Notes: generated by a model from the letters alone, not told the origin. A stretch of DNA of 64,000 nucleotides from Candidatus Latescibacterota bacterium (GCA_965242865.1 CBDETK010000013.1:3520001-3584000), one strand, 5' to 3'; shown: positions 45,424 to 55,470, numbered from the stretch's first letter. A program made the numbers and translations.

Positions 45424-47061
45424 GTGCGCCTGCGTTTGGTGCCCCACCACCTGCTGCATTTACAAACACCCGCCGAGCGGTCGTGGAAATTCTTGTGGCC
45501 GCTGCTCGCTCTGGCCTTTGTCGCACGGGCGGCTGTGGCCCTGTCCGGCGACTTTGTTTTGCACCCCGACGAAATCATGCAGTACCTAGAGCCGGCCCAT
45601 CGTCTAGTTTTCGGCAACGGCATAGCGTACTACGAGTACTTCTACGGTGCTCGGTTATGGTTGGTGCCCGGCTTGGTCGCGGGCGTCTTAACGCTGTTCC
45701 ACCTCGTCGGCCTGGGTCAGCCTGAGTGGTACGTCGGGGGCGTCAAGCTCTTGTTTTGTGCGATTTCCCTGCTCATCCCGGCGGGCATGTACTTTTTTGC
45801 CCGCTGGCACTTTGGCGAGACGGCGGCGCGGGTCGCGTTGCTGCTCGGTGCTTTCTGGTACGAGTTGGTTGGTTTTGCCCACAAGCCGATGACCGAGTTC
45901 GTCGCCACGGCCCTGCTGATGTCCTTGCTCGCGCTCTGCGTGCGGCCGGCACCGGACCGACGTAGGGTGGTTTTGACGGTGGCCGCGTTGGCGGTACTGG
46001 CCGCGGCGATCCGGGTGCAGTACGCCCCGTTGGCCTTGCTGCTCCTCGGCCTGTTCTTTTGGCGCACCGGCAAGAAGAGGCACCTTGTGCTGGCCGCGGC
46101 CACGGCGTTTGTCGCGGTCGGTGTGTTCGACGCGATCACTTGGGATGGCGGCTTGTTTCACTCGTACCTCGTCGCCATCCGCGTCAACCTCGCCTTGGGC
46201 GACTTGCGCCTCGGTGAAAGCCCGGCATGGCAATTCCTCTATTGGCTCTTGATCGCCAGTATGGGACTGATCGCCCTGTGCGCCTTAGCGGTCTTGCAAG
46301 ACCTCCGGCGCTACGGTCTCCTGCTGGCACTCATCGCCTTGACGCTCCTGCTTCACTCTGCCCAGTCGCACAAGGAGTATCGCTACATCTTCGTCGTCCT
46401 GCCGCTCTGGCTGCTGATGGGCGCAGACTTTGTGGTGTGGTTCGCGTCCCGCGCCAGCCAGCACAGGGCGCGCCCAGCACTGGGGCCGACCGCCCTCGCG
46501 CTGACGGCATCCTTTGCCGCGATTTCCCTCGCCGGCATCCTGAACGCGCTGCCGCACCAAGCTAGAGTGTACCAAGCCTATTCAAACGAGACCGGCTTCG
46601 TGGGCTTTCTGCGCCAGCAGGACCCGATTTTCGCCGCGTACCGCTACCTTGCCAGCACCCCCGGAGTCGCCGGCGTGTGGCAGGTGGACCGTCCCTATTT
46701 CAATCTCCCCGGTTATTACTACCTACACCAAGCAATACCGTTCTACGACGCCAATACAGGGCGTCTCATCTTCGCGAATCCCAAAGAGATGCAGGTGGAG
46801 GAAATTGCAGCCGCGGTCAGCCACATCGTGTCGGCGGACTCGGCTACTTACGTTCCCGGCTACTCAGTAGAAAAAACATTCGGCCCCATCCGAATCCTGC
46901 GTCGAGATGCCGCCGAGCCGGCTATCCGCTCGTGGCGGGAGTACGCTCCAACGATTGCCGGCGGCCCTTTCACCGAGTCCGTGCGCCAATTCTATCCCGG
47001 GGCACCCGCGCCGCCGCCCAATTCGGGTATCCGCTTTGCCGACAGCAAGCGCAGTGAGTAA
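45424..47061 (+). CDS. GT-C membrane glycosyltransferase (GT22, Alg9/PIG-B-like mannosyltransferase); start uncertain
   Basis: HPDE..QYLEPAH..VFG.G, HKEYRYI, many TM helices. Confidence 0.8.
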   Translation: MRLRLVPHHLLHLQTPAERSWKFLWPLLALAFVARAAVALSGDFVLHPDEIMQYLEPAHRLVFGNGIAYYEYFYGARLWLVPGLVAGVLTLFHLVGLGQPEWYVGGVKLLFCAISLLIPAGMYFFARWHFGETAARVALLLGAFWYELVGFAHKPMTEFVATALLMSLLALCVRPAPDRRRVVLTVAALAVLAAAIRVQYAPLALLLLGLFFWRTGKKRHLVLAAATAFVAVGVFDAITWDGGLFHSYLVAIRVNLALGDLRLGESPAWQFLYWLLIASMGLIALCALAVLQDLRRYGLLLALIALTLLLHSAQSHKEYRYIFVVLPLWLLMGADFVVWFASRASQHRARPALGPTALALTASFAAISLAGILNALPHQARVYQAYSNETGFVGFLRQQDPIFAAYRYLASTPGVAGVWQVDRPYFNLPGYYYLHQAIPFYDANTGRLIFANPKEMQVEEIAAAVSHIVSADSATYVPGYSVEKTFGPIRILRRDAAEPAIRSWREYAPTIAGGPFTESVRQFYPGAPAPPPNSGIRFADSKRSE

Positions 47062-49310
47062 TGGGCAAAAGAAGACCGACGAAAAAGACTCCGCGCTCAG
47101 CTCGCTCCAAGCCCTCGCGGTCGGACGCACTGGCCCTCCTCGCGCTCGGCTTGCTGGTGGGGGTCAGCTACCTGCCGGCCATGCTGTGGGGAGGCTTTGT
47201 CTGGGACGACCACTCGTGCGTCACAGTCGATCCGGTGCGAGAGGTCTCCGGTCTGTGGCAAATCTGGTTCTCGCCCAGCGATCTCAAAGGAGAGGGGCAC
47301 TACTGGCCGCTGGTCTATACGACCTTCTGGCTGGAGCACAAGCTGTGGGGCTTTGCCCCGGCCGGCTACCACATCGTCAATGTGCTGCTGCACGCGGCGA
47401 ATACGGTGCTGGTGTGGCACCTTTTGCGGCGGTGGGCAGTGCCCGGCGCGTGGGGGGTGGCCGCGGTGTTTGCCGTGCATCCGCTGCACGTGGAGTCCGT
47501 GGCTTGGGTCATTGAGCGCAAGGACGTGCTTTCGGGCTTGTTCTACCTCGCCGCGGCGCTGGCGTGGACGCGCTTTGTCGAGCAGCCGCGGCCACAGCGG
47601 TACGCGGGCGCACTCGCGCTGTATGCGGCGGGCCTGCTCAGCAAGTCCATCGCGATTACCCTGCCCGCGGCCCTTTTGCTCGGGCATTGGTGGAAACAGG
47701 GCCGCGTGACCTCGACCGACTGGTTGCGACTGGTGCCGTTTTGCGCGATCGGGCTGGCCATCGCGGTCGGCGACTTGTCGTTTTATCGGGCGGTTGATGC
47801 TAAGGCCCTCGGCGCGCTCGACTACTCATTAACCGAACGGACGCTCATCGCGGCCCGCGCCCTGTGGTTTTACGCGGGAAAGCTCCTGTGGCCGTCCGAC
47901 TTGGCCATCATCTACCCGCTTTGGACTATCCGCGTCGCCGATCCGCTCGCTTGGGGGTATCTCATCGCCGCGGTCGCGCTGGCGGCGGCCCTTTGGCACT
48001 TCCGGCGGCCGCTCGGGCGCGGCCCGCTGGCCGGGGCGTTATTTTTTGCGGTCACCCTGTCGCCGGTGCTCGGCTTCGTCAATTACGGCTATATGCAGTA
48101 CGCTTTCGTCGCCGACCGCTTTCAGTACCTCGCCGGCATCGGGGTCATGGCGGTCGTCATCGGCGCGGCCACCGCTGGGGTGCGTCGCCTGCCAAGCGGG
48201 TGGCAAAAGGGGGCGCTGGGCGGTGCGGCCGTGATCCTCGCTGTGCTGGGGCTGCTGACTTGGCGGCAGGCGAGCATCTATCGGGACGACGAAACCTTCT
48301 ATCGCCACATCATCGCGCTCAATCCGCAGGCGCGACCCGCCCACCTCAACTTAGGCAGCACCTTGTACAAGCAGGCACGCTACGAGGAGGCCCTCGACAT
48401 CGCCCGCATCGCCGTCGAACAAGACCCGGAACTCGCGAAGGCTCATGCCAACCTCGGCGCGATCCTCAATGGGCTGGGACGCGCCGCGGAAGCAGAGATA
48501 CACTTGCGCCGCGCTGTCGCCCTCGGCCCGAATTACGCGAAGGCCCATGCCAACCTCGGCGTGGTGCTCAGTGCGCTGGGACGCACTGAAGAAGCAGAAA
48601 CGCGCCTGCGCCGCGCTGTCGCCCTTGACCCGGATTACGCGAAAGCCCATGCCAACCTCGGCGTGGTGCTCAATGGGCTGGGACGCGCCGCGGAAGCAGA
48701 AACGCACCTGCGCCGCGCCATCGCCCTTGACCCGAATTACGCGAAGGCCCATGCCAACCTCAGCATAGTTCTCAATGCGCTAGGACGCACCGAAGAAGCA
48801 GAAACGCACCTGCGACAGGCCATCGCCCTCGCCCCGCAAGATGTCGATCTTTTCGCGCAGATCCTCATGCGGCAGGGACGCTACCAAGAAGCGATTGACG
48901 CCCTCGCGCAGGCCGCAGCATTGGCCCCGGCCTCGCCGCAAGCCGCCGAACTGCATTTTCTCATGGGTCATGCCGCGCAGCAAAACGGGGAACTCGAAGC
49001 CGCGGCCGAATGCTACATGCAGGTCCTCGAGATGGACCCGCGCCATGCGAAGGCTCTCCGTTGGCTCGGTCGGCTGCGGAACGAGCAGCAGCGCTACGAC
49101 GAGGCCCTGCAACTCTTTCAGCGCCTCATCGCCGTCGATCCCAGCGACGCCGTGGCCTTGGGCAACATGGGCATCGCCCTCTTCTACTTGAACCGAGGCG
49201 ACGAGGCCCTGCAACGCTTCGACCAAGCACTCTCCCTCGACCCGACCCTCAAAAGCGTGCGGGCCAACCGCGAGGCCGTGCTCAAGGCGATGGAAGGAGC
49301 GGGCCAATAG
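47061..49310 (+). CDS. TMTC-like GT-C membrane protein with C-terminal TPRs
   Basis: FVWDD, Y.PL, H..NVLLH, FAVHPLHVESVAW..ERKD, ADRF.YL, then TPR repeats. Confidence 0.85.
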   Translation: MGKRRPTKKTPRSARSKPSRSDALALLALGLLVGVSYLPAMLWGGFVWDDHSCVTVDPVREVSGLWQIWFSPSDLKGEGHYWPLVYTTFWLEHKLWGFAPAGYHIVNVLLHAANTVLVWHLLRRWAVPGAWGVAAVFAVHPLHVESVAWVIERKDVLSGLFYLAAALAWTRFVEQPRPQRYAGALALYAAGLLSKSIAITLPAALLLGHWWKQGRVTSTDWLRLVPFCAIGLAIAVGDLSFYRAVDAKALGALDYSLTERTLIAARALWFYAGKLLWPSDLAIIYPLWTIRVADPLAWGYLIAAVALAAALWHFRRPLGRGPLAGALFFAVTLSPVLGFVNYGYMQYAFVADRFQYLAGIGVMAVVIGAATAGVRRLPSGWQKGALGGAAVILAVLGLLTWRQASIYRDDETFYRHIIALNPQARPAHLNLGSTLYKQARYEEALDIARIAVEQDPELAKAHANLGAILNGLGRAAEAEIHLRRAVALGPNYAKAHANLGVVLSALGRTEEAETRLRRAVALDPDYAKAHANLGVVLNGLGRAAEAETHLRRAIALDPNYAKAHANLSIVLNALGRTEEAETHLRQAIALAPQDVDLFAQILMRQGRYQEAIDALAQAAALAPASPQAAELHFLMGHAAQQNGELEAAAECYMQVLEMDPRHAKALRWLGRLRNEQQRYDEALQLFQRLIAVDPSDAVALGNMGIALFYLNRGDEALQRFDQALSLDPTLKSVRANREAVLKAMEGAGQ
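48435..48836 (+). repeat. Four tandem 102-bp TPR-coding repeats (ABAB pattern)
   Basis: Units start at 48435, 48537, 48639 and 48741 with GCGAArGCyCATGCCAACCTC. Confidence 0.9.
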
Positions 49311-49391
49311 AATTCTTGGTCGCCGCGCCTTAGTTCGTTATTTTGTTCACGCAATGCGCCCAACATCACCCCAATCTAAAGGGAGCCTCTA

Positions 49392-50231
49392 ATGCTCAAG
49401 CTCGGCTGCATGTCCCTCAGCTACAAAGACGAATTTGCCGCGAACAAGCTCGACTTGGAGCAGTTCATTGAACGCGCCTATCAGCTCGGCCTCGACGGCA
49501 TCGACATTCACACCCGCGCCTTTGCCTCGCTCGACTCGGCGTATCTGCGCGGCATTCGCATGCGGGCCTTCCGGCGCGGGCTCGCGCTCTCGTACATCGG
49601 CGTCAGCTCCAACTACGGCAAGCCCCAAGCCGAGCTCGCCGCCGAAGTTGCCACCACCAAGGAGTGGATCGACGTGGCCGAGTTCATGGGCATTCCGCTG
49701 GTGCGGGTCTTTGCCGCGTGGATTCCCGAAGGCGAGCGCGAAGAGGACGTGTGGGCGCGGATGATGCCCTGCCTCGAGGAAGTGGCGGCCTACGGCGAGG
49801 AAAAGGGCGTGGTCGTCGGCTTGCACAACCACAATCACGGCTGCGTCACGCGCACGGGCCAAGATGTGCGCCGAATTATCGAGGGCGTCAACAACCCCTA
49901 TTTCTCGCACATCCTCGACACCGGTCAATACGTCGGCTCGCCCGGGGCCTCGGGCCAGCGCGGGCACGAGGATCCCGCCCTCAACTTTTACGGCAGCATT
50001 GAGGAAACCGCTCCGTTGGCCGTCCACGTCCGCTGCAAGATCTATCGCATCCAAAGCGGCGTTGAAGAGTGGCTCAACTATCCGCGCATCTTCGAGATTT
50101 TGCGGGGAGTCAACTACAATGGTTGGCTGTCGGTGGTGTACGAAGGGCAGGACGCGGAAGCAGAGGCAACCGCCGTGCCCAAGGCCGTGCGCTACTTGCG
50201 CGGCTTAATGGCCGAATACGACGCAGCGTAA
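49392..50231 (+). CDS. Sugar phosphate isomerase/epimerase (xylose isomerase-like TIM barrel)
   Basis: VRVF, HNH, LDTG, Y.GWLS..YEG. Confidence 0.85.
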   Translation: MLKLGCMSLSYKDEFAANKLDLEQFIERAYQLGLDGIDIHTRAFASLDSAYLRGIRMRAFRRGLALSYIGVSSNYGKPQAELAAEVATTKEWIDVAEFMGIPLVRVFAAWIPEGEREEDVWARMMPCLEEVAAYGEEKGVVVGLHNHNHGCVTRTGQDVRRIIEGVNNPYFSHILDTGQYVGSPGASGQRGHEDPALNFYGSIEETAPLAVHVRCKIYRIQSGVEEWLNYPRIFEILRGVNYNGWLSVVYEGQDAEAEATAVPKAVRYLRGLMAEYDAA

Positions 50232-50250
50232 GCAACGAGGGCCGAGCGGA

Positions 50251-50661
50251 ATGATCGCTGCACTAGGCAGGCACCCCCGCACCTTGGCGAAGTTCTCGCT
50301 GACCGGCCTCAGCGGGGTGGCCGTCAATTTAGGCTCGTTCCATCTCCTGCTCGAACTCGGCGTCCATAAATATCTGGCCTCACCCGTTGCCATTGAAATC
50401 TCGGTCCTTTCAAACTTTTTCCTCAACAGCTATTGGACCTTTGCCGACCGCGCCTTGAGTGGCCGCAAGCGGCTCCGGGGGTTGCGGTTTCACCTCGCGG
50501 CCCTGCTAGCCCTTGGGGTGAGCTATTCGACGTTTCTTGTCCTGTCGGTGCTGTTGCCGCACATCGCCCCGGTGTGGCTGCAAGGATGCGCCATCGGGCC
50601 GGGCACGTTGGTCAACTACGTCCTCAATTTCTACTGGACGTTTCGGGCGGAAGCGCCTTGA
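50251..50661 (+). CDS. GtrA-family membrane protein
   Basis: KF..TG.SG..VN, NF.LN..WTF, NY.LN..WTF. Confidence 0.88.
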   Translation: MIAALGRHPRTLAKFSLTGLSGVAVNLGSFHLLLELGVHKYLASPVAIEISVLSNFFLNSYWTFADRALSGRKRLRGLRFHLAALLALGVSYSTFLVLSVLLPHIAPVWLQGCAIGPGTLVNYVLNFYWTFRAEAP

Positions 50662-50676
50662 GCGGCCGGCACTGGC

Positions 50677-51561
50677 TCAGGGAATGCCCAGCTCCCGCCG
50701 GTACACCTCGTCGGCATTGGCCTGCAACTGCCAGTAGGGAACCCGGATCGTCCGCAGCAAGTCGCCGCGCCCCCCAGCTCCGTCCTCCCAGCGCAGAATC
50801 CGATGCGGATAGGCTTTTTCCGTCCACAACGTCGGCTGCCGCGGGCCGATGTGCAGCTCCCACCGCACGCTGGCCAGCGGCCCGGCGGCTGTCTGAATCT
50901 GCTCCTCAGCGGCCTTGTGGAGCCGCCCGCTGGCCAGCGCGTGCGGCCGATGCGCCTGCCTGAGTTGCCAAAAGCTCGGCAGCACCGTTAGCTCCCGCAC
51001 CTCGCCCAAGGCCATGACCGGCCCTTGCAGCTCGCGGACGCGGATCAGCAGGTGATCCTCGCTCGCAAAGCGCTCGGGCTGCGCTAGCTGATACGCCCCC
51101 CGGCCTTCGCTGGCAAAATAGCTGCTGATGCGCCCGTTGATCTGCCCATCGCTAAACAGGGCCTCGTCAAACACTTGCCCGCACCACTCCTGCGCGCTGA
51201 ACGAAATGCGCCGCAGCTCAAAGGGATGCCGCTCGCCTTCCACTTGGCTGAACACCGACGTCATTACCGAGTAGTCGTACATCCCGGTCGTAAACTTGAG
51301 GAGGTGGTTGAGCTTGAGCGCGTAGAAGCGGTCGGCCTCCCGAACCGGTGACTCGACCTTGAGCAAGGTCTGCCGGTGGAGGTCCTCGGTGACAAAGATC
51401 ATCACCCCGTACCCCGAGCGCAGCTCGCCGTAGCGGGGCTGGGCCACCTCGTAGCTAGAGACCTCGGCCTTCCCGTCGGCCCAGTGCGCGTAAAAATCCG
51501 ACGCGCCCACCTGCACGGCCCCCGCCAAGAGGGTTATCGCCATTTGCAAGAATAGGGCCAT
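50677..51561 (-). CDS. Hypothetical exported protein
   Basis: Signal-like N-terminus; W.DGKAE...Y....RYGE, QEWCG. Confidence 0.65.
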   Translation of the reverse strand: MALFLQMAITLLAGAVQVGASDFYAHWADGKAEVSSYEVAQPRYGELRSGYGVMIFVTEDLHRQTLLKVESPVREADRFYALKLNHLLKFTTGMYDYSVMTSVFSQVEGERHPFELRRISFSAQEWCGQVFDEALFSDGQINGRISSYFASEGRGAYQLAQPERFASEDHLLIRVRELQGPVMALGEVRELTVLPSFWQLRQAHRPHALASGRLHKAAEEQIQTAAGPLASVRWELHIGPRQPTLWTEKAYPHRILRWEDGAGGRGDLLRTIRVPYWQLQANADEVYRRELGIP

Positions 51562-51572
51562 GGTCGCGGTGC

Positions 51573-53204
51573 TCAGCGCGATTCGCTGCGGAGCCCCATC
51601 CAGATGCAGGCGCACATCCCGAGGACCGCAAAGGAAAAAGGCAGGCCGGTTGCGAGGGTGGCAGCCTGCAATGACTTCAGCCCGCCGCCGAGGAGGAGGG
51701 CAATCGCGACTAGCCCCTCAACCGTACACCAGAAGACCCGTTGCGGCACGGGCGCGTCCGTCTTGCCGCCGGCGGCGATGGTGTCGATGATCAGCGAGCC
51801 CGAGTCCGACGAGGTGACAAAAAAGACAATGGTCAGGAGCATACCGATGCAGGACAGCAGACTCGCCAGCGGGAGTTGGTCGAACATTTTGAACAGCACG
51901 AGGGCCGGCTTATAGGCCTCCACCGTTTCGGTTACGCCGGTGTAGCCCGCGTCGAGGAATTGGTGGATGGCCGTGCCGCCAAACGCCCCGAACCACACCA
52001 TGCACAACAGCGTCGGCATGAGGAGTACGCAAGCCATGAACTCGCGCACCGTGCGCCCTTTGGAAATGCGGGCGATGAAGGTGCCGACAAACGGCGCCCA
52101 AGCAATCCACCACGCCCAGTAGAACGTCGTCCAGCCGTGCAAAAAGCCCGTATCCTCCCGCCCGATCCAGTTGCTGAGCGGCACAATTTTCGCGACGTAT
52201 TCGCCCAGCCCAGCGAACATGCTGCGAAAGATGTAGGACGTTGGGCCGAGTACGATAACGGTCAGCAGCAGCAACAACGCGAGCATGATGTTGAACTCGC
52301 TGAGCCGCCTGATGCCGACGTCAATACCGGTCAGCACAGAAACCAGCGCGATAGACGTAATCACCACAATGAGCAGCACCATGGTCGCGTTGGTCGCGGG
52401 AATGTCGAACAAATAGTTGAGGCCGGCCGACACTTGCTGGACGCCGAGGCCGAGCGAGGTCGCAAGCCCAAACAGCCCGGCGAAGATGGCAAACGTGTCG
52501 ATGACGTGCCCGGGCCAACCCCAGACGCGCTCGCCAAACAGCGGATAGAACGCCGAGCGGATGGCGAGGGGAAACCCCCTGTTGTAAGCGAAGAACGCGA
52601 GGGTCAGCCCGACGATGCCATAGACCGCCCAACCGTGCAGCCCCCAGTGAAAAGTCGTCACCGCGACCCCTAAGGCACCCGCCACTTGGGTGTTGGCGTC
52701 GTCCATGTCGGGCGTATTCTCGGCGTTGTACGCGATCTCTGTATCATAGACTTGGTCTAGGTTTGACAAGCCGAGGGGGGGACTCTGAAAGTAGGTCACA
52801 GGCTCTAGTACGCCAAAGAACAGGAGACCTATTCCCACGCCGGCCGCAAAGAGCATTGCAACCCAAGTTAAGTAGGAGTATTCAGGCTGTGCGTCTTTCC
52901 CGCCGAGGCGCACCTTGCCGAGGGGGGAGAGGGCCAGAAACAGGCAAAAGAGAACGACGAAATTGGTGGTGATCATGAACAACCAATCGAGGTTCGTCGT
53001 GAGCCACGTGCGGGTATTGCCGAAAACTAGGGTCGCGCCTTCGCGAAAGACGAGGGCGCCGACGATAAAGACTACAATGGCAATACTCGAAGTCACGAAC
53101 ACGGGCGTGAGGTAAATCTCTAAGCCGAATAGCTTTCTGTACTCTTCAGCGCCCGGATCGCCCGGCAGTTGGTGGTGGGGTCGTTTTTGCATTTCCTCTA
53201 TCAA
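51573..53204 (-). CDS. BCCT-family (betaine/carnitine/choline) transporter
   Basis: W.AMLFAAG.GIGL, FHWG.H.W, WT.FYWAWWIAW.PFVG.FIARIS.GRT.RE. Confidence 0.95.
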   Translation of the reverse strand: MIEEMQKRPHHQLPGDPGAEEYRKLFGLEIYLTPVFVTSSIAIVVFIVGALVFREGATLVFGNTRTWLTTNLDWLFMITTNFVVLFCLFLALSPLGKVRLGGKDAQPEYSYLTWVAMLFAAGVGIGLLFFGVLEPVTYFQSPPLGLSNLDQVYDTEIAYNAENTPDMDDANTQVAGALGVAVTTFHWGLHGWAVYGIVGLTLAFFAYNRGFPLAIRSAFYPLFGERVWGWPGHVIDTFAIFAGLFGLATSLGLGVQQVSAGLNYLFDIPATNATMVLLIVVITSIALVSVLTGIDVGIRRLSEFNIMLALLLLLTVIVLGPTSYIFRSMFAGLGEYVAKIVPLSNWIGREDTGFLHGWTTFYWAWWIAWAPFVGTFIARISKGRTVREFMACVLLMPTLLCMVWFGAFGGTAIHQFLDAGYTGVTETVEAYKPALVLFKMFDQLPLASLLSCIGMLLTIVFFVTSSDSGSLIIDTIAAGGKTDAPVPQRVFWCTVEGLVAIALLLGGGLKSLQAATLATGLPFSFAVLGMCACIWMGLRSESR

Positions 53205-54982
53205 TTCCCCACCACGCGGATCTCAAGGGTTTGCAAGCCTTTGAGGGCTAGGTCAACGGCTTGCTGCGTAGAAACCGCGGGCTCGGGGGCCAACGCAGGA
53301 AACCCACCGGCCCCAGCCTCGGAAGTGGGAACGGCTCCGTCCTCCAAGGGCCGCACAAACGTCAACTGCGCCTTTAAGATCACGTGTTCGTCCGGTCCAT
53401 TCACGCGGGCAAAAAATTCTTCGAGCGTTTCATCCGACTCAGCACCCGAGGGCGCGGATGGTGGGCCGGGCGGGGCGGGCGGAGCTTCATCGCCAAAACC
53501 ACCCAATGCACCAAACGGCTCGTCTCCCGCCAAGGCGGCGGCCGAACCCACTTCGAGCCGATAGACGCCAACGGGCAGGTCGTCCGGGATGCTGAGTGCC
53601 AACTCAATCGCTTGGTCCCGGCGGCGGCCGACGCGCAACGATGTCGCAACAGGCAGGGTGCTCCCGGCACTGACGACGGTGTCGGCCGCAACCGCCACGA
53701 CTTTTGCAAAGCGAGATTCCGCGAGCAGTTCGATGTGAATCTCTGCCGCGCGCAGTTGCAACTCGTAATCGTCCCTAGTCAGGAGTTGCCGGATTATGCC
53801 GTTCAAGTCTTCAGTTGCACTCCCGATCTGAGAATAGAGGAACGATTCTGCACTGGCGTAGAGCCGGGAGTGGGCGAGTATTGAATCCGTGCCGACAAAA
53901 GAAATGTTCGTCTGAACCCGCATACTGCGGTTTAGCTCGTTTGGAACCTCGTTGTTCAACGGAGTAAAAAAAGCGAGCATGAGCAATCGGCTCGTTTTTT
54001 CCATTCTGTGCCTATATTCGATCTCCCGCCCCGAAGGCAACACGTACACGCTCCGAATAGGCACCAATTCTGGCCCTTCTCCTAGCTGGCCGCGCACCCC
54101 GGGCAAAAAGTCTTCGGTCACGGTGCCGCGCACCGTTGGATTGAGTGCTGCATACTTATACGGCGCCTGCACACTCGATATTTCGGCGAGCACCTGGGCC
54201 TCTATGATGGGCATTTCGACCAAACCAGCGTTGACCATTTGGTGCCCGAAACCATATACCCGGTCGCCCTCGACATAGGATATAGTCCCCAACGAGGCTT
54301 GCGTAAACTCCCCTAAAAGGGACCCCACTGCAAGCGGCCTGCCAGGCGCAAAACTTGTCTGATGCTGAGAGGTCTTCCCGGCTGGCGTCACCTCGCCGCG
54401 GACCGACAGCCCCTGTTGGTTGGGATGAAAGCCAGTCCTCAACACCGGAATCTCCAAGGGGGCGATGCGGTTGCCGGCCCAAGTCGCCGCGGGCTTGGCC
54501 AAGGGCATGGGACCCTCGCGGCCAATCACCCACTCTATGGGCGTGGCAAAGAAGTAGTACGGCGGGCTAGTTTGACCATTAGGCCCATAAGAAATGGCCC
54601 CCCAAGTGCCTTGCTCGGTGAAAATGGGCGAACCGCTCATCCCTTTGGCAATGCCCTTCAACTGGATCAAAATCGGATCCGATGCTTCAACCATGTAAAT
54701 CGGCATGGGCGGCAAAAAATCATCGACCACCTGTATGAACGTCATTTCGAGATCGGTGAGCTGGCCATTGGCAAATTCGGTGCGCAAGAACACGGGCGTA
54801 CCCGCAGGCATGGCGCGCACCGAGTCAACCGGGACAATAGGCGACAGATCCCAAGGTTTTAATTCCCCGGTCGGGCGCAGCACCGGATGCTGCGGCGCGA
54901 TGGGCGAAGGGGCCTCATCGTCGTCGTTGCTACAACTCCCTAGGCCGACGACGAGCGCGAGCAGGGCTAAATGGATCCACAT
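53201..54982 (-). CDS. SpoIVB (S55) peptidase-domain lipoprotein
   Basis: Lipobox-like LGSC; GIAKGMSGSPI, GT..Y......FGH. Confidence 0.75.
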   Translation of the reverse strand: MWIHLALLALVVGLGSCSNDDDEAPSPIAPQHPVLRPTGELKPWDLSPIVPVDSVRAMPAGTPVFLRTEFANGQLTDLEMTFIQVVDDFLPPMPIYMVEASDPILIQLKGIAKGMSGSPIFTEQGTWGAISYGPNGQTSPPYYFFATPIEWVIGREGPMPLAKPAATWAGNRIAPLEIPVLRTGFHPNQQGLSVRGEVTPAGKTSQHQTSFAPGRPLAVGSLLGEFTQASLGTISYVEGDRVYGFGHQMVNAGLVEMPIIEAQVLAEISSVQAPYKYAALNPTVRGTVTEDFLPGVRGQLGEGPELVPIRSVYVLPSGREIEYRHRMEKTSRLLMLAFFTPLNNEVPNELNRSMRVQTNISFVGTDSILAHSRLYASAESFLYSQIGSATEDLNGIIRQLLTRDDYELQLRAAEIHIELLAESRFAKVVAVAADTVVSAGSTLPVATSLRVGRRRDQAIELALSIPDDLPVGVYRLEVGSAAALAGDEPFGALGGFGDEAPPAPPGPPSAPSGAESDETLEEFFARVNGPDEHVILKAQLTFVRPLEDGAVPTSEAGAGGFPALAPEPAVSTQQAVDLALKGLQTLEIRVVGN

Positions 54983-55126
54983 GATGTATCCTCCTCGTTG
55001 TAGAAAATTCCCAAGTACGCGATACCCGCATACTCTATGGTACGTTATACGCTAAAACGGCCTCTGTGTCAAAGTCCGCCTACAATGTCGCGCCGGTCCG
55101 CACCGTCCGTTGCCCTTAATTGTACA

Positions 55127-55197
55127 TTGACTTAGGGCTTTGATTGGCTATATATTACAAGTATTTGGCATGTCAAACATATTTTTAGCAACCTAAA
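55127..55197 (+). promoter_or_regulatory. feoAB promoter with two palindromic operator-like sites
   Basis: TTGACT-N18-TATATT, then TTTGGCATGTCAAA (55164-55177) and TTTAGCAACCTAAA (55184-55197). Confidence 0.55.
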
Positions 55198-55218
55198 CAA
55201 TTCCCACCGGAATATCGC

Positions 55219-55470
55219 GTGAAACGCCGCAAAACACCCCGCCCACCCGGCGCCCCGCTCGACTTGTCGCAACTGCCTCGGCACGTCGAGGCCGTCATCG
55301 CCGAGATCGCCGGGCCAGCGCACTTGGCCGCCCGCCTGCGCGAATTGGGCTTTTTGCCCGGCGAGCACTTGTGCGTGTTGCGCTCGGGTGCCGCGCTCAT
55401 CGTCCAGATAGGCCAGACCCGCTTGGCACTGCGGCGTCGAGATGCGGCCGCCATCCGCCTCGTCCCCTAG
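55219..55470 (+). CDS. feoA: Ferrous iron transport protein A
   Basis: RLRELGFLPG...RLALRR..A..I, immediately upstream of feoB. Confidence 0.85.
   Translation: MKRRKTPRPPGAPLDLSQLPRHVEAVIAEIAGPAHLAARLRELGFLPGEHLCVLRSGAALIVQIGQTRLALRRRDAAAIRLVP

Noticed and set aside
45148-45459. Apparent divergent overlap of the PLP enzyme and GT22 ORFs
   Set aside because: An artefact of longest-ORF starts; the likely starts (45234 and about 45424) leave a normal divergent intergenic region.
49389-50054. Long antisense ORFs here and at 55397-56188, 57627-58652 and 61530-62243
   Set aside because: Typical high-GC shadow ORFs opposite well-supported genes.
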